This document shows positions 8,603 to 18,168 of a stretch of 43,216 nt of DNA, in pieces (positions within the stretch are counted from its first letter, which is position 1; each line of letters begins with the position of its first letter). A program made the translations under genes and the position numbers. Below the pieces are notes generated by a model. That model searched no databases, was not told the DNA's origin, and saw only the letters and a program-made list of their open reading frames with translations. The stretch is from Actinomycetota bacterium (lineage in GTDB: Bacteria > Actinomycetota > Actinomycetes > JAKEEW01): contig JBKOZJ010000085.1 of the NCBI GenBank assembly GCA_046725875.1, positions 1 through 43,216 on the forward strand. The letters run 5' to 3'.

Positions 8603-10198
8603 ATGTCGAGGAAGTTCATCTCCGCAACGGTGAGCGTCGGCATGGCAATCGCGGTCAGCATGATGGGTGCCACATCGACGGCTGCAAAGGACCGGAATGG
8701 ATTCATCACGCAGCAGCCGGCGATGCTCGCCGGTGCGGCGCCCGGAGTGACGGCCCGCCCGTTGCTCACCGTCGGCGACACCTTGCCCACTGGTTTCCGC
8801 TTCGAGGCGATCCCGGACGGAATCTCCATCGACAAGCGTCGCGGCCATCGCGTCGATGTCTTCGTGAATCATGAGACCTCGCTGGTGCCCTTTCCGTACG
8901 TGCCGGCGGCGCCGACATCTGGCAACTCGCTCAGTGACTTCGACAATGCGCAGGTCAGCAAGCTCACGTTGTCCACCAGAGCAGGCGGTGTGCTCGGGGG
9001 GAGCTTCGCCGTCCCGTCGTCGGCCAACTATCAACGATTCTGCTCGAACTTCTTGGCAACCAAGGAGCAAGGCTTCGAGCACCGCGTCCTGTTCACGAAC
9101 GAGGAGACCAGCGACGTCGTCTACCGGACTGGCCAGGCGTGGCCGGTAGCACCGGCACCAGGTGCCAACGGCTCGAACCCTGAGCAGGCCGGCGTCGTGG
9201 TCGCCTACAACGTGAAGGCGGGCACGTACACGTCGATCTACGGGATGGGCCGGTTCAACCACGAGAATGCCGTGCCGGTGCCGGGCTACAAGGGCGTGGC
9301 CATCCTCTCCGGCGACGACACGTTCAGCGCACCCTCGTCGCAGATGTACCTCTATACCGCCCGCAACGCGAGGGGGGTCCTCAATGACGCGGGCGCTCTG
9401 TGGGCGTTCGTTAGCAACGACCCGGCCGTGAACGACTACGGCGACCTGACCGGCTCGGACACGGTGTCCGGGCGCTTCGTCCCCGTCCCGCGCGAGGTTG
9501 CGGTCGGGGATCAGGCCGCCCTCGAGACCTGGTCAAATGCCAACAACGTGTTCCAGTTCATCCGCATCGAGGACATCGCCTACGACCGCAACGATCACAA
9601 TGTGGTCTACTTCGCGGACACGGGTGAGCCGCGCGCGGTGCCCGATGCCACCACCGGGCGTCTCCGACGAGGCCCCGCCGGGACGCTCGGACCGTACCCG
9701 AACGGCCGACTCTTCAAGATGGTGCTCGACGAGCAAGACCCCACGGTCGTGCGTGAGCTCTCGATCCTTATCAATGCTGACGTCGGTGGTTACAACAACG
9801 TCGGTGTCATCCACCAGCCCGACAACGTGGAGACGACGTCGGGCAGCCTGCTGATCCAGGAGGACCCGGGCGGCCACAACAACGCCACCTCGCCGGCGTT
9901 CCCCAATGCCACCAACGCCCGGATTTGGCGCTACGACCTGGCAACCGGCTCGCTGTCCGTCGTGGCAGAGGTCGTACAGTCCGCCGACCCAACCGCGGCC
10001 CGCGGCACCTGGGAGTCAAGCGGCATCGTCGACGCCTCGGCGGTCTTCGGGGAGGGCGCGTTCTTGGTCGACGTGCAGGCGCACTCGTTGTTCATCGATA
10101 CGGCCGACGGCCCCGACTACCTCCCACCGCCGGGGCCCGACTTCCTCTACAAGCGCGAGGGTGGTCAGCTACTGCTGTTGAGGATCCCGGGCGCCTGA
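8603..10198 (+). CDS. Secreted PhoX-like (DUF839) phosphatase family protein
   Basis: Signal peptide from MSRKF; motifs RFCS, NEE, GRFNHEN, RIED, PDNV, QED, ESSG, VQAH. Confidence 0.8.
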   Translation: MSRKFISATVSVGMAIAVSMMGATSTAAKDRNGFITQQPAMLAGAAPGVTARPLLTVGDTLPTGFRFEAIPDGISIDKRRGHRVDVFVNHETSLVPFPYVPAAPTSGNSLSDFDNAQVSKLTLSTRAGGVLGGSFAVPSSANYQRFCSNFLATKEQGFEHRVLFTNEETSDVVYRTGQAWPVAPAPGANGSNPEQAGVVVAYNVKAGTYTSIYGMGRFNHENAVPVPGYKGVAILSGDDTFSAPSSQMYLYTARNARGVLNDAGALWAFVSNDPAVNDYGDLTGSDTVSGRFVPVPREVAVGDQAALETWSNANNVFQFIRIEDIAYDRNDHNVVYFADTGEPRAVPDATTGRLRRGPAGTLGPYPNGRLFKMVLDEQDPTVVRELSILINADVGGYNNVGVIHQPDNVETTSGSLLIQEDPGGHNNATSPAFPNATNARIWRYDLATGSLSVVAEVVQSADPTAARGTWESSGIVDASAVFGEGAFLVDVQAHSLFIDTADGPDYLPPPGPDFLYKREGGQLLLLRIPGA

Positions 10199-10287
10199 CC
10201 AGAGTCGGTTATAGGCGCGCCAGATGCACGAAAGGCAGCCCAGATCCCAGGTAGCGCACGAACTCGTTCGACCGGTTGCGAGAAGCT

Positions 10288-10917
10288 CTAATGGCGTTGG
10301 ACGGCGCGTGGTGTGAGGCCGTCGAGTAGCTGTTGGAGGATTGCAATGCATTCGCGGCGGGCGGCGTCGGGAGCCTCGGCGCGGGCGATGTACATCGCGC
10401 ACTCGGCAAGGGCGCCGAGGAGCGCGTGGGACAAGGGGACGACCGGTTGGGGCGTGATCGCACCGGCGTCGATCGCGGACTGGAGCGCGTGCTGGAGCAG
10501 GCCAAGCCCGTAGCGTTCGGCCATGTCTCGCCATGCCTGCCAACCGAGCACGGCCGGGGCGTCCAGCAGGAGGATCCGTTCGACAGCTGGGTCGGCGCAC
10601 ACCTCTAGGAACCGCCGCAACCCCGCGTGCAGCGCGGCGATTGGATCTGCGTCCACAGAGCCGGCCGCTTGGGCATCCGCGCTGATCCGGTCGGCGATCT
10701 CGGCATGGATCGCCTCCGCAACCGCAGCGAACAGGTCGGCCTTGTCGCGGAATTGATGGTAGAGCGCTCCCCGGGTCACGCCAGCAGCCTGAACGATCTC
10801 CTGGGTGCCTACCCCGGCGTAGCCGCGCTCCGCAAATAGGCCGCGGGCGGCGGCAGTGAGCCGCTGGCGCGTCGCCTCCGAGCGTAGGTCCTGCTTGGTC
10901 TTGACCGCGTCAGCCAT
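10288..10917 (-). CDS. TetR/AcrR family regulator
   Basis: LFAERGY...AGVTRGALYHQFRDK HTH. Confidence 0.93.
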   Translation of the reverse strand: MADAVKTKQDLRSEATRQRLTAAARGLFAERGYAGVGTQEIVQAAGVTRGALYHQFRDKADLFAAVAEAIHAEIADRISADAQAAGSVDADPIAALHAGLRRFLEVCADPAVERILLLDAPAVLGWQAWRDMAERYGLGLLQHALQSAIDAGAITPQPVVPLSHALLGALAECAMYIARAEAPDAARRECIAILQQLLDGLTPRAVQRH

Positions 10918-10975
10918 CCTGTCCCTTGTCCTTCATGCTGTCTGTATGTAAACCACGTACAAGAGGTCTGTATCG
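10917..10975 (-). repeat. TetR upstream region, copy A of a 59-bp diverged inverted duplication
   Basis: Reverse complement aligns ungapped to 15602-15660 at 48/59 positions by manual count. Confidence 0.8.
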
Positions 10976-11248
10976 TATCTGCGAGCGTTCGGCAGGCCAA
11001 AGCTCACGGGACAGGGATCTCATTGCCCGAACTCGGTTCGGCTCGCGAGGCCACCGGTGGGCGCTCCATCACCGGCGACGTCGCCCTTATGCCCGGTACC
11101 ACTGACGTGGCCTACATCGCAAGGACATCTAACTCGGTTTGTGAATCAGCCAAGACTAAAGCTCGTCCGCTTTGGCCATCTGCCCACAGGATCCGGAGCA
11201 GTCGAGGCCATCGGGCAGGTGCCGGTGCGGGCATGGCCGGCGTTGTGG

Positions 11249-12835
11249 TCAGATGACGGGCACGTCGCGGCGGCGCAGCCCGGTGAGTCCGGTGGCAGCG
11301 AGTGCGGCGGCGGTGGCGGTCAGCCAGACGAGCGGGGTGGCCGAGACGGCGGCGCCTGGTGCCTTGGGGATGTGGCTGAATGGCGAGATGTCCAGCAGCC
11401 AGTGGTTGAGCTGCATGGCGGCGCCGACCATGAGGAACAGGAGGCACGCCGCGAGCGCCCCCCAGCTGGCCTGAGCGAGGCGGGGGAGCACGCCGAACAG
11501 CGCGACTGCGAGCCCGGCCAGCATCCAGACGGCGGGCAGCTGAATGACGGCAGCGCCGAGCAGGCGTGGCAGCTCATGGCCGGTGTTGCCGGAGTCCAGG
11601 CCGTAGGTCAGCGCGATGGCCAGCCCGGCCGTCACCAGGGCGATGGCAGGACCGAGGACTGAAAATGTCAGGTGGCTGGCCGCCCAACGCAGGCGGCCGA
11701 CCGCGGTGGCCAGGACGGGCTCGGCACGACCGCTGGTCTCCTCCTGCTGCAGCTTGAGGGTGGCCTGGATCGCATATGCCGCGGCTATCAGCCCCACGAT
11801 GCCCATGATGCCGGCTAGGTAGGCGTCGATGAGGCCCGTCCGGCCGCCCATGCGGGCGAAGATGTCCCGCAGCGTCGGGTTCTCCTGCTGTGTGTCGCCG
11901 ATCCCCTTGGCGAGGCCGCCGAACACCGCGCCAAGCACGGCGAATCCGGCGGTCCAGCCCGCCAGCAGGCTTCGCTGGAGCCGCCAGGCCAGGGCCAAAG
12001 GTGTGCGCAAGCCGGATGCCGCGACGGCCGGGCCGAGCCGGGGCGGGAGCAGCCCGGCGCCGACGTCGCGCCGCGCAGACAGGGCGATGGCCGTGGTGGC
12101 GAGCACGCCGGTCAGGCCGGCGACCAGCGTGAGCACCCACCAGTGCTCGCCTCCGTAGGGCTGGATCCGGTGCGCCCAGCCGATCGGCGACAGCCAGGCC
12201 AGCCAGGCCAGGTCGCCGCCGGCGCGGCCACTGATGTCGCCGGCGACCCGCAGCAGGTAGGCAGCGCCGAGAACGGTGGTGGCAATTGCGCGGGCGCCGG
12301 CGGCGCTGGCGGTCACCTGGGCGGCCACGCCGCCCACCGCGCCGAACACCCAGCCGGCGGCCGCGAGCTCCAGGCCAAAGGCGATCGATCCGGTGTTGGG
12401 CAGGTCCTGGCTGGTCATGCTCAACGCGGCGAGCAGCGCCAGGACCAGGTTGGCGCCAAAAGTCGCGGCCAGCGCCGCCGCCAGGCCGGCATGCCGGCCA
12501 ACCGCGGTCGCCCCGAGCAGCTCGCGGCGGCCGGTTTCTTCCTCAACACGGGTGTGCCTGATGACGGTGATCAGGCTGATCAGCCCGACGATGACGGGCA
12601 TGAACCCGGCTCGCCAAGTCACGAACTCGCCGAGGCTGGAGCCGGACAGCTGTCCATAGAGCGCGACGAACCCCCCGTTGTCGGCGTACTGCTGACGTTC
12701 CGCCGCCGTGGCAAATACCTTCCGGAGCGAGGACGGGAAGCTGATCAGGACGAGGCAGAGGAATCCAATCCACAGCGGCATCATCAGCCGGTCCCGCCTC
12801 AGGATCAGGCGGATCAGCTTGCCGGTGCCTGTCAT
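11249..12835 (-). CDS. ABC-2 type exporter permease (TnrB-like, polyketide antibiotic exporter family)
   Basis: LRRDRL start, [15 protein letters not shown], many TM helices, SPIGW, RRDVGAG, ISPFSH, terminal RRRDV. Confidence 0.9.
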   Translation of the reverse strand: MTGTGKLIRLILRRDRLMMPLWIGFLCLVLISFPSSLRKVFATAAERQQYADNGGFVALYGQLSGSSLGEFVTWRAGFMPVIVGLISLITVIRHTRVEEETGRRELLGATAVGRHAGLAAALAATFGANLVLALLAALSMTSQDLPNTGSIAFGLELAAAGWVFGAVGGVAAQVTASAAGARAIATTVLGAAYLLRVAGDISGRAGGDLAWLAWLSPIGWAHRIQPYGGEHWWVLTLVAGLTGVLATTAIALSARRDVGAGLLPPRLGPAVAASGLRTPLALAWRLQRSLLAGWTAGFAVLGAVFGGLAKGIGDTQQENPTLRDIFARMGGRTGLIDAYLAGIMGIVGLIAAAYAIQATLKLQQEETSGRAEPVLATAVGRLRWAASHLTFSVLGPAIALVTAGLAIALTYGLDSGNTGHELPRLLGAAVIQLPAVWMLAGLAVALFGVLPRLAQASWGALAACLLFLMVGAAMQLNHWLLDISPFSHIPKAPGAAVSATPLVWLTATAAALAATGLTGLRRRDVPVI

Positions 12836-13760
12836 TGCGGCACCTCCACATGTGTGCCACCTGCCGGACGGGTCCCGTCGTAGACCCGCAGGAACAGCTC
12901 CTCCAGGGTGGGCGGCTGGCTGACCAGGCTGCGCACACCGGTTCGGCGAGAAGGCGCAGCGTGGCGTCCAGCGCATTGGCGTCCAGATCGAAGCGCACTC
13001 GGCTGTCCTGAGTCTGCAGGTCGTGCACGCCGGGCAGGCCGGCCAACCCCGTTGGGGGGCCGGATAGCTCGGCCTGAATGGTCGTGCGGGCCAGGTCACG
13101 CAGGTCGGTGAGGGTGCCCGCCTCCCTCGCCCGACCGTCGCGGATGATGCTGACCCGGTCGCAGAGCGCCTCAACCTCGGCGAGGATGTGGCTGGACAAC
13201 AACACCGTCCGCCCGCGGTCACGTTGGTCCTCGCGGATCACCTGGCGGAACACGTCTTCCATCAGCGGGTCCAAGCCCGCAGTCGGCTCGTCAAGCAGCA
13301 GCAGCTCCGCGGTGGAGGCGAGCGCGGCAATGAGGGCCACCTTCTGTCGATTTCCCTTCGAGTACGCTTGGCTCTTCTTGCCGGGGTCGAGGTCGAAACG
13401 CTCCAGCAACTCGGTGCGGCGCTGCTGGTCCAGCCCGCCCCGCAGCCGTCCGAGCAGATCGATCACCTCACCGCCGGACAGGTTAGGCCACAGCATCACG
13501 TCGCCGGGAACATAGGCCAGCCGGCGATGCAGCCCAGTGGCATCCCGCCAGGGATCGCCGCGGAGCAGCCGGGCGGTCCCGGCGTTCGCCCGCATCAGTC
13601 CGAGCAGGATGCGGATGGTCGTGGTCTTTCCGGCACCGTTAGGGCCCAGAAAGCCGTGCACCTCACCCGTGTGCACGGTCAAGTCCAGTCCGTCCAGGGC
13701 GCGCGTGCTCCCAAATGTCTTGACCAGCCCCTCAGCACGGATCGCCTCAGTCACGGTCAC
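12832..13760 (-). CDS. ABC transporter ATP-binding protein, one frameshift near 12943
   Basis: Walker [10 protein letters not shown], signature [19 protein letters not shown]; shifted frame gives [20 protein letters not shown] and a TGA overlapping the permease ATG. Confidence 0.88.
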
Positions 13761-13834
13761 GCTCCCTCTCATTGAATTCGGCGATTTCGAGGCGCGCCGG
13801 CGCGGCCACCGTGCGGCACCGCTCGCCAGTAGGT

Positions 13835-14359
13835 CTAGGACAGCGCGCCGGTGACGGCATCGTGTTCGTGTCTTCTTGCGGCCCGTTGAAGGCGCCGGCT
13901 CAGCATCCGTACGCGGGCGACGCTCGGCCATGCCCGGGGGCGGGTAAGGATCGCGCGCAACAGCGGCAGCGGGTCAAAGTAGCTTTCCCGTTCCACAACT
14001 ACTGCATCGAGCAGGGTTGTCCGGTCGCAGACCCGCCATGCGACTGGGCGCCCGCCGAGGGAACCGCGAAGTGTCAGCTCGATGTAGGCGCAGTCGGCGC
14101 CGACGGCACTGCGTTCCACGTCCCCGTGGAGGTCGGGAATGAGGGCGAACAGCGGCCGGGCAAAGCTGTCTCGGAACGCTTGATGACCCACCAACGTCGG
14201 CAACCCTGGCTGGATCAGGCGGATGTGCGGATCGAACCACGGCCGGAAGTGGTCCGCGAAGGCGTCGGCGCTGGCAGGTGCCCGCCAGCCCTCGGCAAAG
14301 GCAGCGACCCAGGCCTGCGCCGCTTCGAGGCCCGTCCCGGCCGGGGTGTCGGGGTTCAA
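13835..14359 (-). CDS. SnoaL/NTF2-like protein
   Basis: FAEGW...IRLIQP...IPDLHGDV...[11 protein letters not shown] start after GGAGG. Confidence 0.75.
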   Translation of the reverse strand: MNPDTPAGTGLEAAQAWVAAFAEGWRAPASADAFADHFRPWFDPHIRLIQPGLPTLVGHQAFRDSFARPLFALIPDLHGDVERSAVGADCAYIELTLRGSLGGRPVAWRVCDRTTLLDAVVVERESYFDPLPLLRAILTRPRAWPSVARVRMLSRRLQRAARRHEHDAVTGALS

Positions 14360-14411
14360 TGCGTTCCTCCGAAGGTTCCTGCAGTGAGCTCAGGCCGGTT
14401 CACCCGATGCT

Positions 14412-14918
14412 TCAGGGGTTGTTCTTGGTTAGGAGGGCGGCTACGAGATGGCCGCTGGCGATGGAGCCCCCGGCGAGGGTGATCGCGCCTGGAACGCTGC
14501 GCCGGTTTGGGACACCTGCTTCGTTGAGGGTCTCAGTGGCCCACAACCAGAACGGGATGACGATGGTGGGGGATGTGGCGACACCGCTGAAGTAGCTGCG
14601 GGTCAACAGGCTTACGCCGATGTGACCGAGGCCGTGCAGGCCGAAGCCCATGAGTGCGTTCTGGTAGAGAGCCGAGCGGCCTTGGGTTCGGTACCCGTGC
14701 ACGGCCGCCGCGGCGATGATCAGCCCCACCGTGGCGACGCCGGTGGCCACATAGCGGTCGGTGAGGCCGTGCTCTCGTACCGAAGCGGGCACCGGCACCC
14801 AGCCTGGCATTCGCGTCACCAGGCTGCGGGAGTTGTCGCCCATGGTCGCCAACTCTTCGAGGTCGTGGCCCATCCAGGCGGCGAAGAGGCCGGCTGTGGC
14901 GAGTTGAATGCGGTTCAC
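14412..14918 (-). CDS. HXXEE domain membrane protein
   Basis: HDLEE motif after first TM; HGLGH; SGVATSP. Confidence 0.85.
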   Translation of the reverse strand: MNRIQLATAGLFAAWMGHDLEELATMGDNSRSLVTRMPGWVPVPASVREHGLTDRYVATGVATVGLIIAAAAVHGYRTQGRSALYQNALMGFGLHGLGHIGVSLLTRSYFSGVATSPTIVIPFWLWATETLNEAGVPNRRSVPGAITLAGGSIASGHLVAALLTKNNP

Positions 14919-14944
14919 GACGTCACCTCTTCAAGTGGCAAGTA

Positions 14945-14971
14945 CGCTACGATACGCTACGTATCGTAGCG
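14945..14971. promoter_or_regulatory. Perfect 12-3-12 palindrome, candidate TetR operator
   Basis: CGCTACGATACG-cta-CGTATCGTAGCG, 26 nt upstream of HXXEE start. Confidence 0.7.
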
Positions 14972-14972
14972 C

Positions 14973-15545
14973 TCAGCGAAGGACAACGAAGACGAAGGTG
15001 GCGATCAGCCCGCCCGCCACGGCGCCGGCCGCTGTTTGGGCTGTGGTGTGGTCGCCGAGTCGAACCCGCGACCACGCCACCAGCGCCACCGCGGGAGCGC
15101 TCAGCGCGAGCGCCGGGCCCAACGTGAGGGCGAGGATGGCGACCGTTCCGCTTGCCGCGGCAGCGTGGACGGACAGCTTCCACCACAGGGTCACCACCAA
15201 GGTGGCCACCAGGGCGGTCAGTATTGCGGCGACGAGCGCGACCAGCTGTCGGGGACCGTTCAACACGACAAGCATGGCCAGCCCGGTTGCAATCGAGGCG
15301 ATGCCGGCGAGCAGCGGGATGGGACGCTGTGTGCGGTCTCGCAGGTGCCGGTCGGTCCATCGGCGGCGGCGGACACCGGCCGTGACGACACCGTAAGGGA
15401 TCAGGCCGCATACGGTCGCGGCGAACAGCCCCCAGCCGAGCCCGGCCGGGCCGGGAGCGCTGTGCCATCCGACCAGCAGCCCTTGGCCGACGGCGAGGTT
15501 GGGAGGTGCCAGCAGCTCAGTGACGGCGCGTGCCAGCCTGTCCAT
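14973..15545 (-). CDS. PAP2-like membrane protein
   Basis: TDRH..DRTQR, WKLSVH, WSRVRLGDHT..Q motifs, multiple TM. Confidence 0.8.
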   Translation of the reverse strand: MDRLARAVTELLAPPNLAVGQGLLVGWHSAPGPAGLGWGLFAATVCGLIPYGVVTAGVRRRRWTDRHLRDRTQRPIPLLAGIASIATGLAMLVVLNGPRQLVALVAAILTALVATLVVTLWWKLSVHAAAASGTVAILALTLGPALALSAPAVALVAWSRVRLGDHTTAQTAAGAVAGGLIATFVFVVLR

Positions 15546-15601
15546 GGTTTTCCTGTCCGTGTGCCGCGACGCCGCCAGTCGTAGGCATACCGCTCAACCT
15601 C

Positions 15602-15660
15602 CGATACAGACAGACTGTACGTATCTTACATACAGACAGTATGAAGGGCAAGAGGCAGGA
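15602..15660 (+). repeat. Copy B of the duplicated TetR upstream region, containing TACAG-N5-CTGTA palindrome
   Basis: See copy A; lies upstream of the PAP2-like gene. Confidence 0.8.
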
Positions 15661-15711
15661 GTGTGTAACCGAGCCCGGAACAAGCTCCCGAGCTGGAGAG
15701 GTTTGTACACT

Positions 15712-15736
15712 TACGCTACGATACGTACCGTAGCGT
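15712..15736. promoter_or_regulatory. Second copy of the operator-like palindrome, upstream of the frameshifted TetR
   Basis: TACGCTACGATACG identical to 14943-14956; core ACGATACG-N3-CGTAGCGT. Confidence 0.65.
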
Positions 15737-15748
15737 TGCGAAGAGCGG

Positions 15749-16356
15749 ATGGTAAAGGGCAGGATCCGCGATGCGGTCGCTGGTCGGCCTGCCGTGGCCA
15801 GGTCACGACCGAGGTCCTGCGGCGGGCGGTGCGGGAGCTGCTGGAGGAGGTCGGGTACCGCACGTTGACCATCGAGGGCGTGGCGATTCGATCCGGCGTC
15901 GCGAAGACCACCATCTACCGCCGGTGGCGGTCCAAGGCCGAGATGGTCTTCGACCTCATGCTGCACTCCTCGGACGAGCTCCGAGCCATGCACGATCGCG
16001 GCAGCCTCGCCGGCGATATTGAAGCGCTGGCCGCGCGCATCGTGGCGCGATTGCCGGTCGCTGGGCCGGCGCATCTTCCCCGGCCTGATCTGTGAGGTCG
16101 CTTCCGACGCCGCCCTCATGCAACGTTTTCGGGCGACATTCGTCGCCGACGGCCGCCATCAGATCGAACAAGTGCTGGAGCGCTCGGTCCGCAGAGGCGA
16201 TCTGACGCGACCGCCGCCGCGGACCTACAGGCCGTGCTCATCGGTGCCGTCCTTATGTTCGGATTGCTCCAGCCGGACCTGGACGACGCGATGCAACGAG
16301 ACAAGATCACCCATCTGGCCATGGCCATGGTCAACCAGGGCCAGGACTCACCGTGA
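15749..16356 (+). pseudogene. TetR family regulator with three frameshifts (near 15790, 16055, 16215)
   Basis: MVKGRIRDAVAGRP / EEVGYRTLTIEGVAIRSGVAKTTIYRRW / GRRIFPGLICEVASD / ADLQAVLIGAVLMFG...QDSP* lie in successive frames. Confidence 0.8.
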
Positions 16357-16631
16357 CCGGCCGGGCGCTCGATCCGGACCTTCACGCCTTCGCTGCGGAT
16401 CGCCTCGTCAGCGCGGCGCTTTGACCCGTCGCCGGCGTGGTTCTCCTTCGTCGGTGCCGCTGACCCCGTCCTGGAAGCGCCGACGAGTTAACTGGTGCCG
16501 ACCCGCTTGTCGCAGCTCACAGGCGGTCTGCCGCATAGCCGCGCTGGTGTCTGCGCTTCGGGAGGTCACGCGCGGCCGGATCTTGCCCTGCGGTACCTCA
16601 TCCGTCAATGCAACAAGCCCCGGCGTACGCC

Positions 16632-17025
16632 CTAAATCGATGGTCACGGCGGTCAGGTTCATGGTTAGCAGCACGCCGGGCTTGGGCAGTTCGCGGACTC
16701 CGACAACGGTCCGGGCAGGACGGTGGGCGCCCATCTTCTCCATATAGGCGGCGTTCATCCCCTCGAAGTCGCTCATTCTGCTGAGAAAGATGTTGACGTG
16801 CACGACGTGCACCAGATCCGAGCCAACCGACTCCAACATCACACGGAAGCTCTCTAGGATCTGCCGGGTCTGCACTCCGATGTCCGTCCCGGCCAGCTCG
16901 CCAGTTGCCGGATCGACGCCAGCGGTGCCGCCAATCGTGATGAAGTTCCCGACCCGTGCGACATGGCTGTATGGGCCAATCGGCTCGGGCGTGTTCGCCG
17001 GCGTGCTCGTTTCGACCTCGGGCAC
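16632..17025 (-). CDS. RidA/YjgF family protein; native stop apparently shifted by one base
   Basis: PIGPYSH, GGTAGVDPATG, QTRQ, FEGMNAAY, RPART; GTG after GAGGGGAG; domain ends at AVTID where GAT-T-TAG puts TAG out of frame (ORF runs on to 16408). Confidence 0.85.
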
Positions 17026-17076
17026 GCGAATGCTCCCCTCTCCCCCTGGTTTGGCGCTCCGCACTAACCGGACGCT

Positions 17077-17385
17077 TCATTCCGACTGCGACGCCTGCGC
17101 GCATCGGAATCGGCCATCAGCCGACCCTACTACCGGCATCAGTACGTCCTGGGCGCCGCCTATGCCGTCGCGCCGCCCGTGTGTGCTGAGGCTGGCCACC
17201 TCAGCGGCCGGCTCCGGCGGCTCCAGCCGATCAGCAAGCCGGCGCAATACCGGCGCCAGCCGGATCCGGGACGCGCTGTATGGCCGCTCTGGTCCGGCGA
17301 GGGCAGGCGCGTCCGGGAGGGCAGATCGCCGCTCGTCGCTCCCTGCGAGCCCGGCCTTCATTGCAATGACCTGGAGTGGCTCCAT
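17077..17385 (-). CDS. Small hypothetical protein
   Basis: AGAGGG SD; SALPDAP...LRRLADRLEP pattern resembles small actinobacterial proteins; 3' end uncertain. Confidence 0.55.
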   Translation of the reverse strand: MEPLQVIAMKAGLAGSDERRSALPDAPALAGPERPYSASRIRLAPVLRRLADRLEPPEPAAEVASLSTHGRRDGIGGAQDVLMPVVGSADGRFRCAQASQSE

Positions 17386-17403
17386 GATCGGTCCCCTCTG
17401 TTT

Positions 17404-18099
17404 CTAGTCGTTTCTTTGTTCGTTCGGCCAGCGATCTAACTGCCCGGGTAGTCGGGCGGTGCCGAGGATGCGCGGCCCGAGCACCGATGGTGTCGCCTTG
17501 CGCGGATGCAGGAAGTAGCCGACCGACTCGATCTGGAAGCCTGCCTCCTCGATCGCCGCGCGGGTGTCTCGGTTCGGGTGGCAGCCGCCCATCAGCCGGG
17601 GCCAGATGACGCTCGCAAGGTCCTGATACCGGACGCGGATCGGCTCAGTGGCCCGTACGTGCTCCAGGAACCGCAGCTCGCCGCCGGGCCGCAGCACGCG
17701 GCGCACTTCGGCGAGCGCTGCCGGAATGTCAGGCACCGAGCACAGGACGCCGCAGGCGACGGCGGCGTCGGCGTACCCATCCTCGATCGGGAGGCAGTCT
17801 GCGACTCCCTCGATCACTTTGATCTCGATTGCGGCCAGCGACGCGGCCACTTCCGCCCGGGATCGCAGGAACGGCTCCGGCTCGACCGCGGTCAGCTCGG
17901 TCACCGAGGTCGGGTAGTGCGGAAACGTCAGCCCGTTCCCCGCGCCCACCTCGATCACCCGGCCACTAAGGCCGGCGAGCAGCCGCTCACGGAGGTGCCG
18001 GTATTCGCGGTCGTCGCGCCATCCGGCGGTGCTGTTGAAGAACCGCGCGAACAGCGGATGGCGGACTGGTTGCCGCCCTAAGGCGGTGCTGGAGCCCAT
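17404..18099 (-). CDS. Class I SAM-dependent methyltransferase
   Basis: VIEVGAGNG, VEPEP, VLCSV, VLRPGGELRFLEH, GGCHPNRD. Confidence 0.92.
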   Translation of the reverse strand: MGSSTALGRQPVRHPLFARFFNSTAGWRDDREYRHLRERLLAGLSGRVIEVGAGNGLTFPHYPTSVTELTAVEPEPFLRSRAEVAASLAAIEIKVIEGVADCLPIEDGYADAAVACGVLCSVPDIPAALAEVRRVLRPGGELRFLEHVRATEPIRVRYQDLASVIWPRLMGGCHPNRDTRAAIEEAGFQIESVGYFLHPRKATPSVLGPRILGTARLPGQLDRWPNEQRND

Positions 18100-18168
18100 A
18101 GCTCTAGACTCCGGCCGCAGGCGCGTCGCGGCATCGGAGGAATTCAGTATCCCCCCGGTCGGGTTGCC

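Noticed and set aside
11249..13931. Apparent 657-aa permease and 462-aa ATPase overlapping by ~680 nt
   Set aside because: Explained by one frameshift near 12943; corrected genes overlap by the usual ATGA
16408..16632. RidA C-terminal extension as a novel fusion
   Set aside because: Low-complexity read-through; one extra T shifts a TAG at the normal family end
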